A stretch of DNA of 11,387 bases, the filler included, from assembly GCA_964501035.1 (NCBI GenBank). It is 7 parts of 7 records of this genome, joined end to end, with 100 filler letters (N's around TTAATTAATTAA, not from the genome) between each part and the next. Parts side by side here need not be neighbours in the genome. Positions count along the whole stretch, not along the records: positions 1 to 1,575 come from CAZCRK010000161.1; positions 1,676 to 3,234 come from CAZCRK010000162.1; positions 3,335 to 4,891 come from CAZCRK010000163.1; positions 4,992 to 6,530 come from CAZCRK010000164.1; positions 6,631 to 8,165 come from CAZCRK010000165.1; 2 more parts are not named here. One strand, 5' to 3'. The stretch's first letter is position 1. Each line of letters starts with the position of its first letter. Of the stretch, positions 1 through 7,700 are shown in pieces. The notes beneath the pieces are model-generated. The model was not told where the DNA came from, searched no databases, and was given only the letters and a program-made list of their open reading frames with translations. A program made the translations under genes and the position numbers.

Positions 1-6
1 TTTCAT
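1..6 (-). CDS. Start (Met-Lys) of an unidentified gene downstream of nrdJ, cut by the window/contig edge
   Basis: Minus strand reads AAGGAGA-CGTTTC-ATG AAA: strong Shine-Dalgarno 6 nt before an ATG at 6-4. Only two codons are visible. Confidence 0.55.
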
Positions 7-12
7 GAAACG

Positions 13-19
13 TCTCCTT
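13..19 (-). promoter_or_regulatory. Shine-Dalgarno site AAGGAGA
   Basis: Plus strand TCTCCTT at 13-19, with 6-nt spacing to the ATG and an A-rich stretch (AAAATAAAAC) upstream. Confidence 0.65.
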
Positions 20-38
20 GTTTTATTTTCGTTAACGA

Positions 39-78
39 AGTTAAGACGCATTTTTCCACAGGTGCGTCAACTGCCTGT
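39..78 (-). ncRNA. Predicted H-type pseudoknot, candidate cis-regulatory RNA (family unassigned)
   Basis: Minus-strand RNA ACAGG-CAGUU-GACGCA-CCUGU-GGAAAAA-UGCGUC-UU-AACU. Stem 1: 78-74 pairs with 62-58. Stem 2: 68-63 pairs with 50-45, extendable by 72-69 with 42-39 across a UU bulge. Confidence 0.5.
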
Positions 79-102
79 CCGCTGTCTTGTTGTATGTGAA
101 AT

Positions 103-1575
103 TTAATTTGCATATTCTTGGTCGTCATTATCACCGGTCATCGGAACAACTTCACAAACATCATTATTACAAAATTTATCTATTTCAGCTTCTTCATGTT
201 TAATAACTCCAAATGATAACTTACCAAGTTTCTCAACTTCAAAATGATATGTTTTTTCATCTATTGCTTCATAAGGCATTTGTTTATATGCTCCACCATT
301 TTTTCTTGGTAATAATGATATACCCTTTAATCTATACTGAAAATAATTTAAAACGTGTGGTAGTTCATCTGCTTCTGTTTCGGGATTGAATGTTGCTGTA
401 CAACTTACTTGGTTATCTGCCCAATGTCGTTGTAAGAATGCGGCTAAACTGAATTGTTCCCAAATCGAAAGTTCAGCCGCTGTTCTTATACCCTCTCCTA
501 CATCTACCGGCACCTCTACAACCATCGTTGAATCTTCTGAACCGAACGCTGGTTCTAATTTATAACCTGCCTTTTTCAAAGGTTCTATTAGTTCTGAATG
601 TTTTGATAACCTCATTCTTCTTATATAAAATCTTGATTCTGGATAATGCATTCCAGGAGTTGCTCCTACTAACAATGAAACTGTACCACTTGGTTTAACA
701 CTTGTGGTTTTAATTGATTTTGGTACTGCAAACCAATCCGAATACATCTTGTCCCATTCCTGAATTGTCTTATAACCTTTTTCTAACCATTTTCTTAAAT
801 CATCCATTCCATGTTTTGTAATGAATTGTGCGACACCACTTACTGAACAACCAATACGTCTGTTTCTTAACATAACACGATTTGTTTCGGGCCAATGAGT
901 TCTACCAAGTGTTACGGTTTTAGCATACAGATAAGCATATTTAAGTGTTCTTTGATAGTCCTCTAATGAATCGTGGTTATATGGAAATGTCTCTACTAAA
1001 CAACATAATTCATAACTTTCTAATGATTGTTCTAAACAAGGATTTCCACCTGCAACTCTGTGGTCTTTATTATCACCACCATTTTGCATACGAGAAAATT
1101 TTCTCATATTCTTTAACCATGCAAATCCAGGTTCTCCATTATCTGTAATTCTTTTACATATATCAGTATAATCCATTCCCAATTCAGCAAATACTGAATT
1201 ATTTGAAGTCCAACCATATGTTTCTCTATGTTTATTTACTTCATAATTTTTTAAGTCTAAATATTCTTCATTATGTGGATCACCAAATACTATTTCCGCT
1301 GTTCTTCTAACATTACCTGCTACAACACACTTTCCTATAAGATTCATAATATCAACAATTGTTGTAACAGTAATTGGTTCACCTACATTTTTATTTAATA
1401 CTTTACAAATATCTTGATGAATTTCTTGTAATGGTTCATAACCACTTGATACACCACCAAAACCTTTAATTGGTTCTCCTGCATCCCTAATCATATCATA
1501 ATCAAAATAAACAATACTTGTTCCATGAAAATATGAATCTAAAAGTAACTTAACTGATTCTACCCAACCTTCTCT
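103..1575 (-). CDS. nrdJ: Class II (adenosylcobalamin-dependent) ribonucleotide reductase, monomeric RTPR type, 5'-truncated
   Basis: Frame is open from the contig edge (REGWVESVKLLLDSYF...), so Met at 1494 is not the true start. Motifs: VVAGNVRRTAEI, NGEPG, GNPCLEQ (thiyl-radical Cys and Glu, 1030-1044), second Cys in ELCCLVE, RRIGCSVSG, TSVKPSGTVSLL, C-terminal redox pair CNNDVC (154-171). Confidence 0.93.
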   Translation of the reverse strand, partial: REGWVESVKLLLDSYFHGTSIVYFDYDMIRDAGEPIKGFGGVSSGYEPLQEIHQDICKVLNKNVGEPITVTTIVDIMNLIGKCVVAGNVRRTAEIVFGDPHNEEYLDLKNYEVNKHRETYGWTSNNSVFAELGMDYTDICKRITDNGEPGFAWLKNMRKFSRMQNGGDNKDHRVAGGNPCLEQSLESYELCCLVETFPYNHDSLEDYQRTLKYAYLYAKTVTLGRTHWPETNRVMLRNRRIGCSVSGVAQFITKHGMDDLRKWLEKGYKTIQEWDKMYSDWFAVPKSIKTTSVKPSGTVSLLVGATPGMHYPESRFYIRRMRLSKHSELIEPLKKAGYKLEPAFGSEDSTMVVEVPVDVGEGIRTAAELSIWEQFSLAAFLQRHWADNQVSCTATFNPETEADELPHVLNYFQYRLKGISLLPRKNGGAYKQMPYEAIDEKTYHFEVEKLGKLSFGVIKHEEAEIDKFCNNDVCEVVPMTGDNDDQEYAN

Positions 1576-1675
1576 NNNNNNNNNNNNNNNNNNNNNNNNN
1601 NNNNNNNNNNNNNNNNNNNTTAATTAATTAANNNNNNNNNNNNNNNNNNNNNNNNNNNNNNNNNNNNNNNNNNNN
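1576..1675. other. Artificial contig spacer N44-TTAATTAATTAA-N44
   Basis: 100 nt, with a central palindrome giving stops in all six frames; identical at all six junctions. Confidence 0.99.
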
Positions 1676-2887
1676 CCAGGTGAACCAATTATACCAGGAT
1701 GTGAACTCATAGAAGGAAGTGGAATCTTTGTAAATAAAGAAGAATTTCCAATGATGTTTGCAGTAGTAAATGGTGTTGCAGGTGAAAATGGTGCAGTAGT
1801 GATATGGCCCGATACGGGTAATGATTTGATGAAATATGGAGAAGGTGAAACAGTACCTGCTGGAACTACACTTCATGTTGGATGTGTAATTGAGAACGGT
1901 GAATTAAAATGTGCACCATATATTACTGAGAATGATTCAGTTGCGGCAAATTCAGGAGATGGAACTGAAACAAGTGGTGATGATGGAGATGATGGAGAAG
2001 ATAAGGGTTTTTGTGTAGGTTCTGGCAATGTTAATATGCCAACCGACGCAGAAAAAGATTGGTTGTCAGAATTAGCTAATTTTCAATTACCTGATTTACA
2101 GGCTTGGGCACTGAGTGGGTTTACTGCAAAAATTCAAGAGTTAATGGGTAAACTTAATCTGGTATTAGGTAAGGTAAACGCAGAAGTTGATAAAATAATG
2201 GCCAAGGCTGTTATCGATCCAGAAGATGTCTGTAAAGAACCCTTAAAAACTGTAATAAGAAATATGTTAGCTCTTATGGCAGAGTTAATGAAAATAATAC
2301 CTATTTTAAAGAAGATAATTCAAGTCATAAAAATAATTAGAAAAGTAATAAAGTTAGTTAGAAAAATTTTAAAATGGACACCACCATTTATTGTACCCAT
2401 TGTTGAAGCATTAATGAAAGTATTAAACATTATGGGATTAGTTGATATGTGTGTTGCTACTTTAATAAAGGCCGTAGGTAGATTTACAATGATTATTCCT
2501 ATATTACAGGCACAATTAATGAGTATACTTGCACAATGTGCAGTAGAAGCAGGACAACCACCACCAGATAATAAGGAAGATTGTGAAGCACAAGGTGGAA
2601 CTTGGATTGATCCTGATGAATTAAAGGAGTTACAAGATATGTATGATCAATTATCATCTGCTGAATTAGATGTTGGAGACGAATCAATTGGATTTTGTTC
2701 TATAACAGAACATTTAGATAAGAAATCTTGTGAAGATGCAGGTGGAACTTGGACAGATTTGGATACTGATACAGACTTTGATGATATAGATACATCAGCA
2801 TTATCTGAAGAATTAACAAAACAAATGGAAGAACTTGAAAAATGTTTTTCAAGTCCAGAATTAAATGATTATTTAAGAGGTTTATAA
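1676..2887 (+). CDS. Hypothetical protein, 5'-truncated; acidic, with a cationic amphipathic helical segment and two CExxGGTWxD repeats; possibly phage structural
   Basis: Frame open from 1676 (PGEPIIPGCELIEGSGIFVNKEEFP then MM at 1751) to TAA at 2885-2887. No recognisable enzyme motif. Confidence 0.85.
   Translation, partial: PGEPIIPGCELIEGSGIFVNKEEFPMMFAVVNGVAGENGAVVIWPDTGNDLMKYGEGETVPAGTTLHVGCVIENGELKCAPYITENDSVAANSGDGTETSGDDGDDGEDKGFCVGSGNVNMPTDAEKDWLSELANFQLPDLQAWALSGFTAKIQELMGKLNLVLGKVNAEVDKIMAKAVIDPEDVCKEPLKTVIRNMLALMAELMKIIPILKKIIQVIKIIRKVIKLVRKILKWTPPFIVPIVEALMKVLNIMGLVDMCVATLIKAVGRFTMIIPILQAQLMSILAQCAVEAGQPPPDNKEDCEAQGGTWIDPDELKELQDMYDQLSSAELDVGDESIGFCSITEHLDKKSCEDAGGTWTDLDTDTDFDDIDTSALSEELTKQMEELEKCFSSPELNDYLRGL
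2567..2758 (+). repeat. Two-copy intragenic peptide repeat DNKEDCEAQGGTWID / LDKKSCEDAGGTWTD
   Basis: Copies at 2567-2611 and 2714-2758 share TGTGAAG and AGGTGGAACTTGGA at DNA level. Confidence 0.8.
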
Positions 2888-2893
2888 AGGAGA
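2887..2893 (+). promoter_or_regulatory. Shine-Dalgarno site AAGGAGA
   Basis: Overlaps the upstream stop codon and lies 7 nt before the ATG at 2901. Confidence 0.75.
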
Positions 2894-2900
2894 TTATAAA

Positions 2901-3234
2901 ATGAAGAAACAAGAGTTAATAAAAATAATTGAAACAGTGGTACGCAAAGAAGTGAAAAAACAAATGAATGAGATATTTATTAAAGATAAAGACTCATCTT
3001 CACTTACCGAATTAGTTTCAAAACCATTAACTGAAAAAGAGTTCAAAGAACCTATTAGAAAACAGTATAAAGTTAAACCCAAAGAAGATGTTCATTATAC
3101 ATCCAATGAGGCTCTTAACAAGGTTCTAAACGAAACCGTTGGTGGAGTTCCACAGGGAGAAGGTGGTGGATATGAAACTATGGGTGGTGGAGTTTATGAT
3201 ACCAGTAAGATAAATGATGTACTTGCTGGAGCAA
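2901..3234 (+). CDS. Hypothetical protein, 3'-truncated, phage-like
   Basis: Strong RBS and an open frame to the contig edge. The N-terminus MKKQELIKIIETVVRKEVKKQMNE resembles, from recollection only, leaders of large tailed-phage hypothetical proteins. Confidence 0.8.
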
Positions 3235-3334
3235 NNNNNNNNNNNNNNNNNNNNNNNNNNNNNNNNNNNNNNNNNNNNTTAATTAATTAANNNNNNNNNN
3301 NNNNNNNNNNNNNNNNNNNNNNNNNNNNNNNNNN
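3235..3334. other. Artificial contig spacer
   Basis: N44-TTAATTAATTAA-N44. Confidence 0.99.
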
Positions 3335-3335
3335 T

Positions 3336-3797
3336 GTTTATTTTAAAATATCAAATGGAAATTTATGTTTAATTATTCTGACTTCTACCTCAAATACTTT
3401 GGATATGTGCGGTGAAATTATGCAAAACGAATGGGTTCACGCAACGGCAACCTACGATGGGACTACCAGTAAACTTTACATTAATGGTGAATTAGTTAAC
3501 TCTATAGATCCTTCTTTACTAGATATCAATTGGAATTCAAGTTCTCATGGATATTGGATAGGTGGCGGAGATCCAGATTGGGTATCGACATTTAGTGGAC
3601 TAATTAATGAATTATCATTTTGGACATATGTTCTAGACGCTGACCAGATTCAATCTTACATAGACTTATCCCCTATTGGAAATGAAAATGGGCTTTCTGC
3701 ATATTGGATGTTTAATGAAGGCTCTGGATCTAGTCTGAATGACAACTCAGGCAACGGTCATAATGGTACTATTTATGGTGCACAGTGGGTTGAATAA
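3336..3797 (+). CDS. LamG / concanavalin A-like jelly-roll domain protein, 5'-truncated
   Basis: Frame open from 3336 (VYFKISNGNLCL...). Motifs WVHATATYDGTTSKLYINGEL, FSGLINELSFW, AYWMFNEGSGSSLNDNSGNGHNGTIYGAQW. Confidence 0.88.
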   Translation, partial: VYFKISNGNLCLIILTSTSNTLDMCGEIMQNEWVHATATYDGTTSKLYINGELVNSIDPSLLDINWNSSSHGYWIGGGDPDWVSTFSGLINELSFWTYVLDADQIQSYIDLSPIGNENGLSAYWMFNEGSGSSLNDNSGNGHNGTIYGAQWVE

Positions 3798-3803
3798 GGC
3801 TAA

Positions 3804-4826
3804 ATGAAATACCTCTTTCTCATATTATCCACATCAATTCTCCTCGCAGGTGAGATGGAAGTTGATGGTGATCTAAAGGTTACAGGGACAATTCAGAATG
3901 ATTCTTTGGTTCAGGTGATACTACTTCAGCAGCAGCAGATTTCAGCATTAGAGGCACTTATTTCACAATTACAGGTACAAATAGCACTTATTGGCGCTGA
4001 TTTAGGATATGCAGATTGCTTTGGCGTTGTAGGAGGGGGGGCTGCTATAGATGATTGCTGTGTTTGCGGTGGGAATAATGAAAGTATGGATATATGTGGT
4101 GAATGTGGAGGAAATGCCGAATATGAGGATGAGTGTAATTCATATGCTCTACAATTTAATGGTAATATCAATGATCGTGAACATGTAAATGTTACAATTA
4201 ATGAGAATTTGGGACAGAATGATGGCATTTTATCAATTTCACTTTGGATTAATTTTGATTCATTCGATAATTTGATAGGCTCTGTTATTTCTAATCATAT
4301 AAATGGATCAGGATTTGGGATAGAGCTGTATAATAGTGAGAGGTTGGCTTTTTGGGTTGATGATGGAATAAATAATTTACCTGTAGCGACAAATTATCTA
4401 GAAATTGACACTTGGTATCATATAGTTGCAACAAATAATGGTGAATATTCAATCATCTATCTTAATGGTCAATTTCAAGATTCAATCGCAGTTGGATCAC
4501 CATTTCCAACATCTTCAAACATGACAATAGGTATGCATCCTCATAACAATATTTATAATGATGATGCAAGATTTATGGATGGGAATTTAGATGAAATAGC
4601 TATATGGAATGATGTATTAGATCAAGATGAAATTCTAAAACTTTATAATAATGGAGTTGGAATGGATGCTCTTATAGATAATTGTATTTATACATCCTCA
4701 GAAAATTTGTGGTCATATTGGAAGTTTGAAGAAGGAAGTGGAGAAACAATATTTGATTCAAGTGAAAATGGTAATCATGGTATTTTAAATAATATGGATA
4801 ATAGTAATTGGATAGAAAGAGAATAA
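3804..4826 (+). CDS. Secreted LamG-domain protein: signal peptide, short coiled coil, Cys-rich CGG repeats, LamG domain
   Basis: MKYLFLILSTSILLA signal-like peptide; QQQQISALEALISQLQVQI heptads; DCFGVVGG..DDCCVCGG..DICGECGG..EDEC; WYHIVAT..IYLNG; FMDGNLDEIAIWN; YWKFEEGSG..DSSENGNHG. Confidence 0.9.
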   Translation: MKYLFLILSTSILLAGEMEVDGDLKVTGTIQNDSLVQVILLQQQQISALEALISQLQVQIALIGADLGYADCFGVVGGGAAIDDCCVCGGNNESMDICGECGGNAEYEDECNSYALQFNGNINDREHVNVTINENLGQNDGILSISLWINFDSFDNLIGSVISNHINGSGFGIELYNSERLAFWVDDGINNLPVATNYLEIDTWYHIVATNNGEYSIIYLNGQFQDSIAVGSPFPTSSNMTIGMHPHNNIYNDDARFMDGNLDEIAIWNDVLDQDEILKLYNNGVGMDALIDNCIYTSSENLWSYWKFEEGSGETIFDSSENGNHGILNNMDNSNWIERE

Positions 4827-4891
4827 ATGAAATGCTTACTTATCATATTATCCATGTCAATTCTTCTCTCAGCTGAGCTAGAGGTAGATGG
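4827..4891 (+). CDS. Start of a paralogue of the 3804 gene (not in the ORF track), 3'-truncated
   Basis: ATG directly follows the TAA. MKCLLIILSMSILLSAELEVD vs MKYLFLILSTSILLAGEMEVD: 14/21 aa and 51/65 nt identical by hand count. Confidence 0.85.
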
Positions 4892-4991
4892 NNNNNNNNN
4901 NNNNNNNNNNNNNNNNNNNNNNNNNNNNNNNNNNNTTAATTAATTAANNNNNNNNNNNNNNNNNNNNNNNNNNNNNNNNNNNNNNNNNNNN
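4892..4991. other. Artificial contig spacer
   Basis: N44-TTAATTAATTAA-N44. Confidence 0.99.
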
Positions 4992-6528
4992 GAACGCTCC
5001 ATGTTAAGGAAGATGTGGTGGTTGTGCCAGTAAAAGGTACATCCGTGCTCCATGTTGCGCCATTGATTGTGCCGTCATTGCCGTTTGAAGTATGGTCAGT
5101 TAACGTAGTGCCTGTACCTTCATTGAAATTCCAGTAACCAACTAATCCTGTTTCATCTCCTGTAGGCGATGTAGACATGTAGGATTGGATTTCTGATTGG
5201 GATAAAGCATGATTCCAAATCTCAGGAGAATAAATTAAATGTGGAATGGTATTATTATTGCTTCCAATTAATAGCGGACCATCGTTATCTGCATTTTGAT
5301 TCTCCGGGGGAGTTCGCACTTGAAATGAAGTTAATTCTCCATCAATATAAATATATAAATTTGTCCCTTGTTTAACACCCGTGATATAATGCCAATTTTC
5401 ATCAATTAGATTTATATTTGTGATAGTACCATACCACCCGGGGTGGTTCATTGTATCCCAATGAAAAATGGCACAAGCTTCAGATGAATATTCTGTACCG
5501 TATATACTAAAACCATCTGAGTATGCAAATAAATCAAAGTAACCATCTGGTACAGTAATTGGATCTTTAATTAATGGTCTTACATATGTGTTTGGTATTT
5601 CATTTGTTAACGATTTAAACCAAAGTGAAACCGTAAAATCGGTGTTTCCAAAATTGAATGTACTATTCCCATGTAGATCAACATAATCATCCACCCCATC
5701 AAAGCTGAGTGAGTGTGTGTTGGTTGGTGTAGTCGCAGCTGTTACCGGTGCACCATTTCCTGTCCAGGATGCGCCAGAAATCGTACCATTATTTCCATTT
5801 GAAGTTTGGTCTGTTAGTGTAGTCCCAGAACCTTCGTTGAAATCTTCGTTGAAATTCCAGTAACCTATTAATCCTTCTTCTGTACCTACAAGCTCAGAAC
5901 TCATATTAGCTTGAATTTGTTCTTGAGTTAAAGCAGATGACCAAAAAGAAAAATTATCAATACTACCATTAAAAAATGAAGTATTTGGGGGACTTGTTCT
6001 ACCATGAGTCCCCATTTGAGATAAATCATATACACTATTATGTCCAGATTGTTCTTCATCAGAATCCACTAGTTCACCATTAATATATAAAGATAACTCA
6101 CTGCCATTAACAGTAAATGAAAAATGATTCCATTCATTAAGTTCACCATAATTATTTGTTCCGACCTCATAAAAAGGGGAGACACCATCTCGACTTATAA
6201 ATGCTGATGCGAGTAGGGATTGTCCATCACTCGAAAACATAACTGATCCGTTAGGAGTATTAAAAATAGGATTAACATCATCCGGACCAATTAACCCTGG
6301 GAATTTGTACCATCCCATATAAGAAAAATTATTTAATCCAGATGGTAAATTCCCAAAATCAACATAATTATCCACTCCATCAAAGCTGAGGGAGTTATTC
6401 CCTCCTGGAACTGGAGGAACTGGGGGTACATAGACATCTTCGCTCCAGGTCGCACCGTTGATTGTGCCATGGTTCTGGTTTCCGGAGTGGTCGTAAAGTA
6501 TGTCGCCTTCGCCTGCGTTGAACTTGTA
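4992..6528 (-). CDS. Internal fragment of a large protein with at least three tandem LamG modules (both ends missing)
   Basis: Frame open across the whole contig: 6528 YKFNAGEGDILYDHSGNQNHGTINGATW (end of one module), Pro-rich linker VPPVPPVPGG, then two full modules each starting SLSFDGVD[ND]YVD and ending GYWNFNE..GT.SGASW / GTINGATW. The GTG at 6375 is not a true start. Confidence 0.9.
5677..6395. repeat. 38-nt direct repeat at LamG module starts (5677-5714 and 6358-6395)
   Basis: atcaacataatcatccaccccatcaaagctgagtgagt vs atcaacataattatccactccatcaaagctgagggagt: 35/38 identical. Confidence 0.9.
5832..5855. repeat. Perfect 12-nt tandem duplication (cttcgttgaaat x2), in frame
   Basis: Gives WNFNEDFNEG where the sibling module has WNFNEG. 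Confidence 0.9.
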
Positions 6529-6530
6529 TA

Positions 6531-6630
6531 NNNNNNNNNNNNNNNNNNNNNNNNNNNNNNNNNNNNNNNNNNNNTTAATTAATTAANNNNNNNNNNNNNN
6601 NNNNNNNNNNNNNNNNNNNNNNNNNNNNNN
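6531..6630. other. Artificial contig spacer
   Basis: N44-TTAATTAATTAA-N44. Confidence 0.99.
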
Positions 6631-6632
6631 TA

Positions 6633-7700
6633 GTCACAGGTCATACAGGATTTAAGGGTAGTTGGTTATCTATTTGGCTTACTTCTTTGGGTGCGAAAGT
6701 CATTGGTTTATCTGATGATGTGCCGACTAATCCGTCAAATTTTGTTGCTTCAAAGGTAGGCGAGCTGATTGAGGATAATAGAATTGATATTCGTGACAAA
6801 AAATCAGTTGAAAAAATTATTCAACAATGTCAACCTGATTTTGTATTCCACATGGCAGCTCAGGCGCTTGTTCGCTCTTCTTATGAGTCGCCTCTAGTCA
6901 CCATTGAAATAAATGCTATTGGTTCAGCAAATATTTTAGAAGGACTTCGTACATTAAATAAACAGGTCATTGCTGTAATGATTACAAGTGACAAAGTTTA
7001 TGACAATGTTGAATGGTTTTGGGGTTATCGAGAAACCGATCGTCTAGGCGGTAAAGACCCATATAGTGCATCTAAAGGAATGGCAGAGTTGGCAATTAGA
7101 GCCTATGTAGAATCATTTTTTAATATGAATGATAAAAATGTTCGAATTGGAATTGTTCGTGCTGGTAATGTAATTGGCGGTGGAGATTGGGCAATCGACA
7201 GAATTGTTCCGGATTGCATGAGGGCATGGTCTAATAGCGAAGTAGTTAATATTCGCAATCCACATGCAACGAGACCATGGCAGCACGTATTAGAGCCATT
7301 AAGTGGCTATCTTGCACTAGCAATCGATTTGAAAAACAGCAGTCAGAGGCATGGTGAAGCTTATAATTTTGGTCCATCCGCCCAACAAGATTGCAATGTT
7401 AGTGTGTTGATTAATGAAATGGCGAAGTATTGGGATAAAGTTTCTTGGAATGACACATCTAGTTCAGAAAACCATTTACATGAAGCTGGGCTATTGAAGT
7501 TGAATTGTGATAAATCATTTAACGATTTACATTGGCAATCAACTTTAAATTTTGAAGAGACTGTAAGAATGACAGTTGAGTGGTATAAGGCTTTTTATCA
7601 AAATGAACATTCTTCAATGTACAACTATACAATTGCACAAATTAGCGAATATATGAAAATCGCAAAATCAAAAAATATTTTATGGGCAAACTATGATTAA
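6633..7700 (+). CDS. rfbG: CDP-glucose 4,6-dehydratase, slightly 5'-truncated
   Basis: Frame open from 6633: VTGHTGFKGSWL (family-typical NAD-binding motif), FHMAAQALVR, ITSDKVY, DPYSASK (YxxxK), RAGNVIGGGDW, RPWQHVLEPLSGYL, HEAGLLKLNCDK. Confidence 0.95.
   Translation, partial: VTGHTGFKGSWLSIWLTSLGAKVIGLSDDVPTNPSNFVASKVGELIEDNRIDIRDKKSVEKIIQQCQPDFVFHMAAQALVRSSYESPLVTIEINAIGSANILEGLRTLNKQVIAVMITSDKVYDNVEWFWGYRETDRLGGKDPYSASKGMAELAIRAYVESFFNMNDKNVRIGIVRAGNVIGGGDWAIDRIVPDCMRAWSNSEVVNIRNPHATRPWQHVLEPLSGYLALAIDLKNSSQRHGEAYNFGPSAQQDCNVSVLINEMAKYWDKVSWNDTSSSENHLHEAGLLKLNCDKSFNDLHWQSTLNFEETVRMTVEWYKAFYQNEHSSMYNYTIAQISEYMKIAKSKNILWANYD

Noticed and set aside
7..102. Cobalamin riboswitch or intrinsic terminator after nrdJ
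   Set aside because: No recognisable B12-box or four-way junction, and no U-tract follows the stems on the coding strand.
79..105. Pseudoknot as a frameshift or readthrough signal for nrdJ (AAATTTC heptamer at 104-98)
   Set aside because: The heptamer overlaps the stop codon and is out of register. The pseudoknot begins 24 nt after the stop, well beyond the usual 5-9 nt, and NrdJ already ends with its normal Cys pair.
945..1148. 67-aa plus-strand ORF
   Set aside because: Antisense shadow of nrdJ.
103..1575. Intein or intron in nrdJ
   Set aside because: Motifs are collinear with no large insertion or splice-junction residues in the visible part.
1628..3082. Minus-strand ORFs 1628-1876, 2499-2687, 2700-2912 and 2894-3082
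   Set aside because: Short antisense shadows of longer plus-strand genes, with no motifs.
3926..4228. 100-aa minus-strand ORF
   Set aside because: Antisense to the LamG gene.
5677..6395. Diversity-generating retroelement template/variable repeat pair
   Set aside because: The repeat is only 38 nt, both copies are coding module starts in one ORF, and no reverse transcriptase is present.
3336..6530. Single LamG locus spanning contigs 3 and 4
   Set aside because: Separated by a spacer, so adjacency is coincidental.
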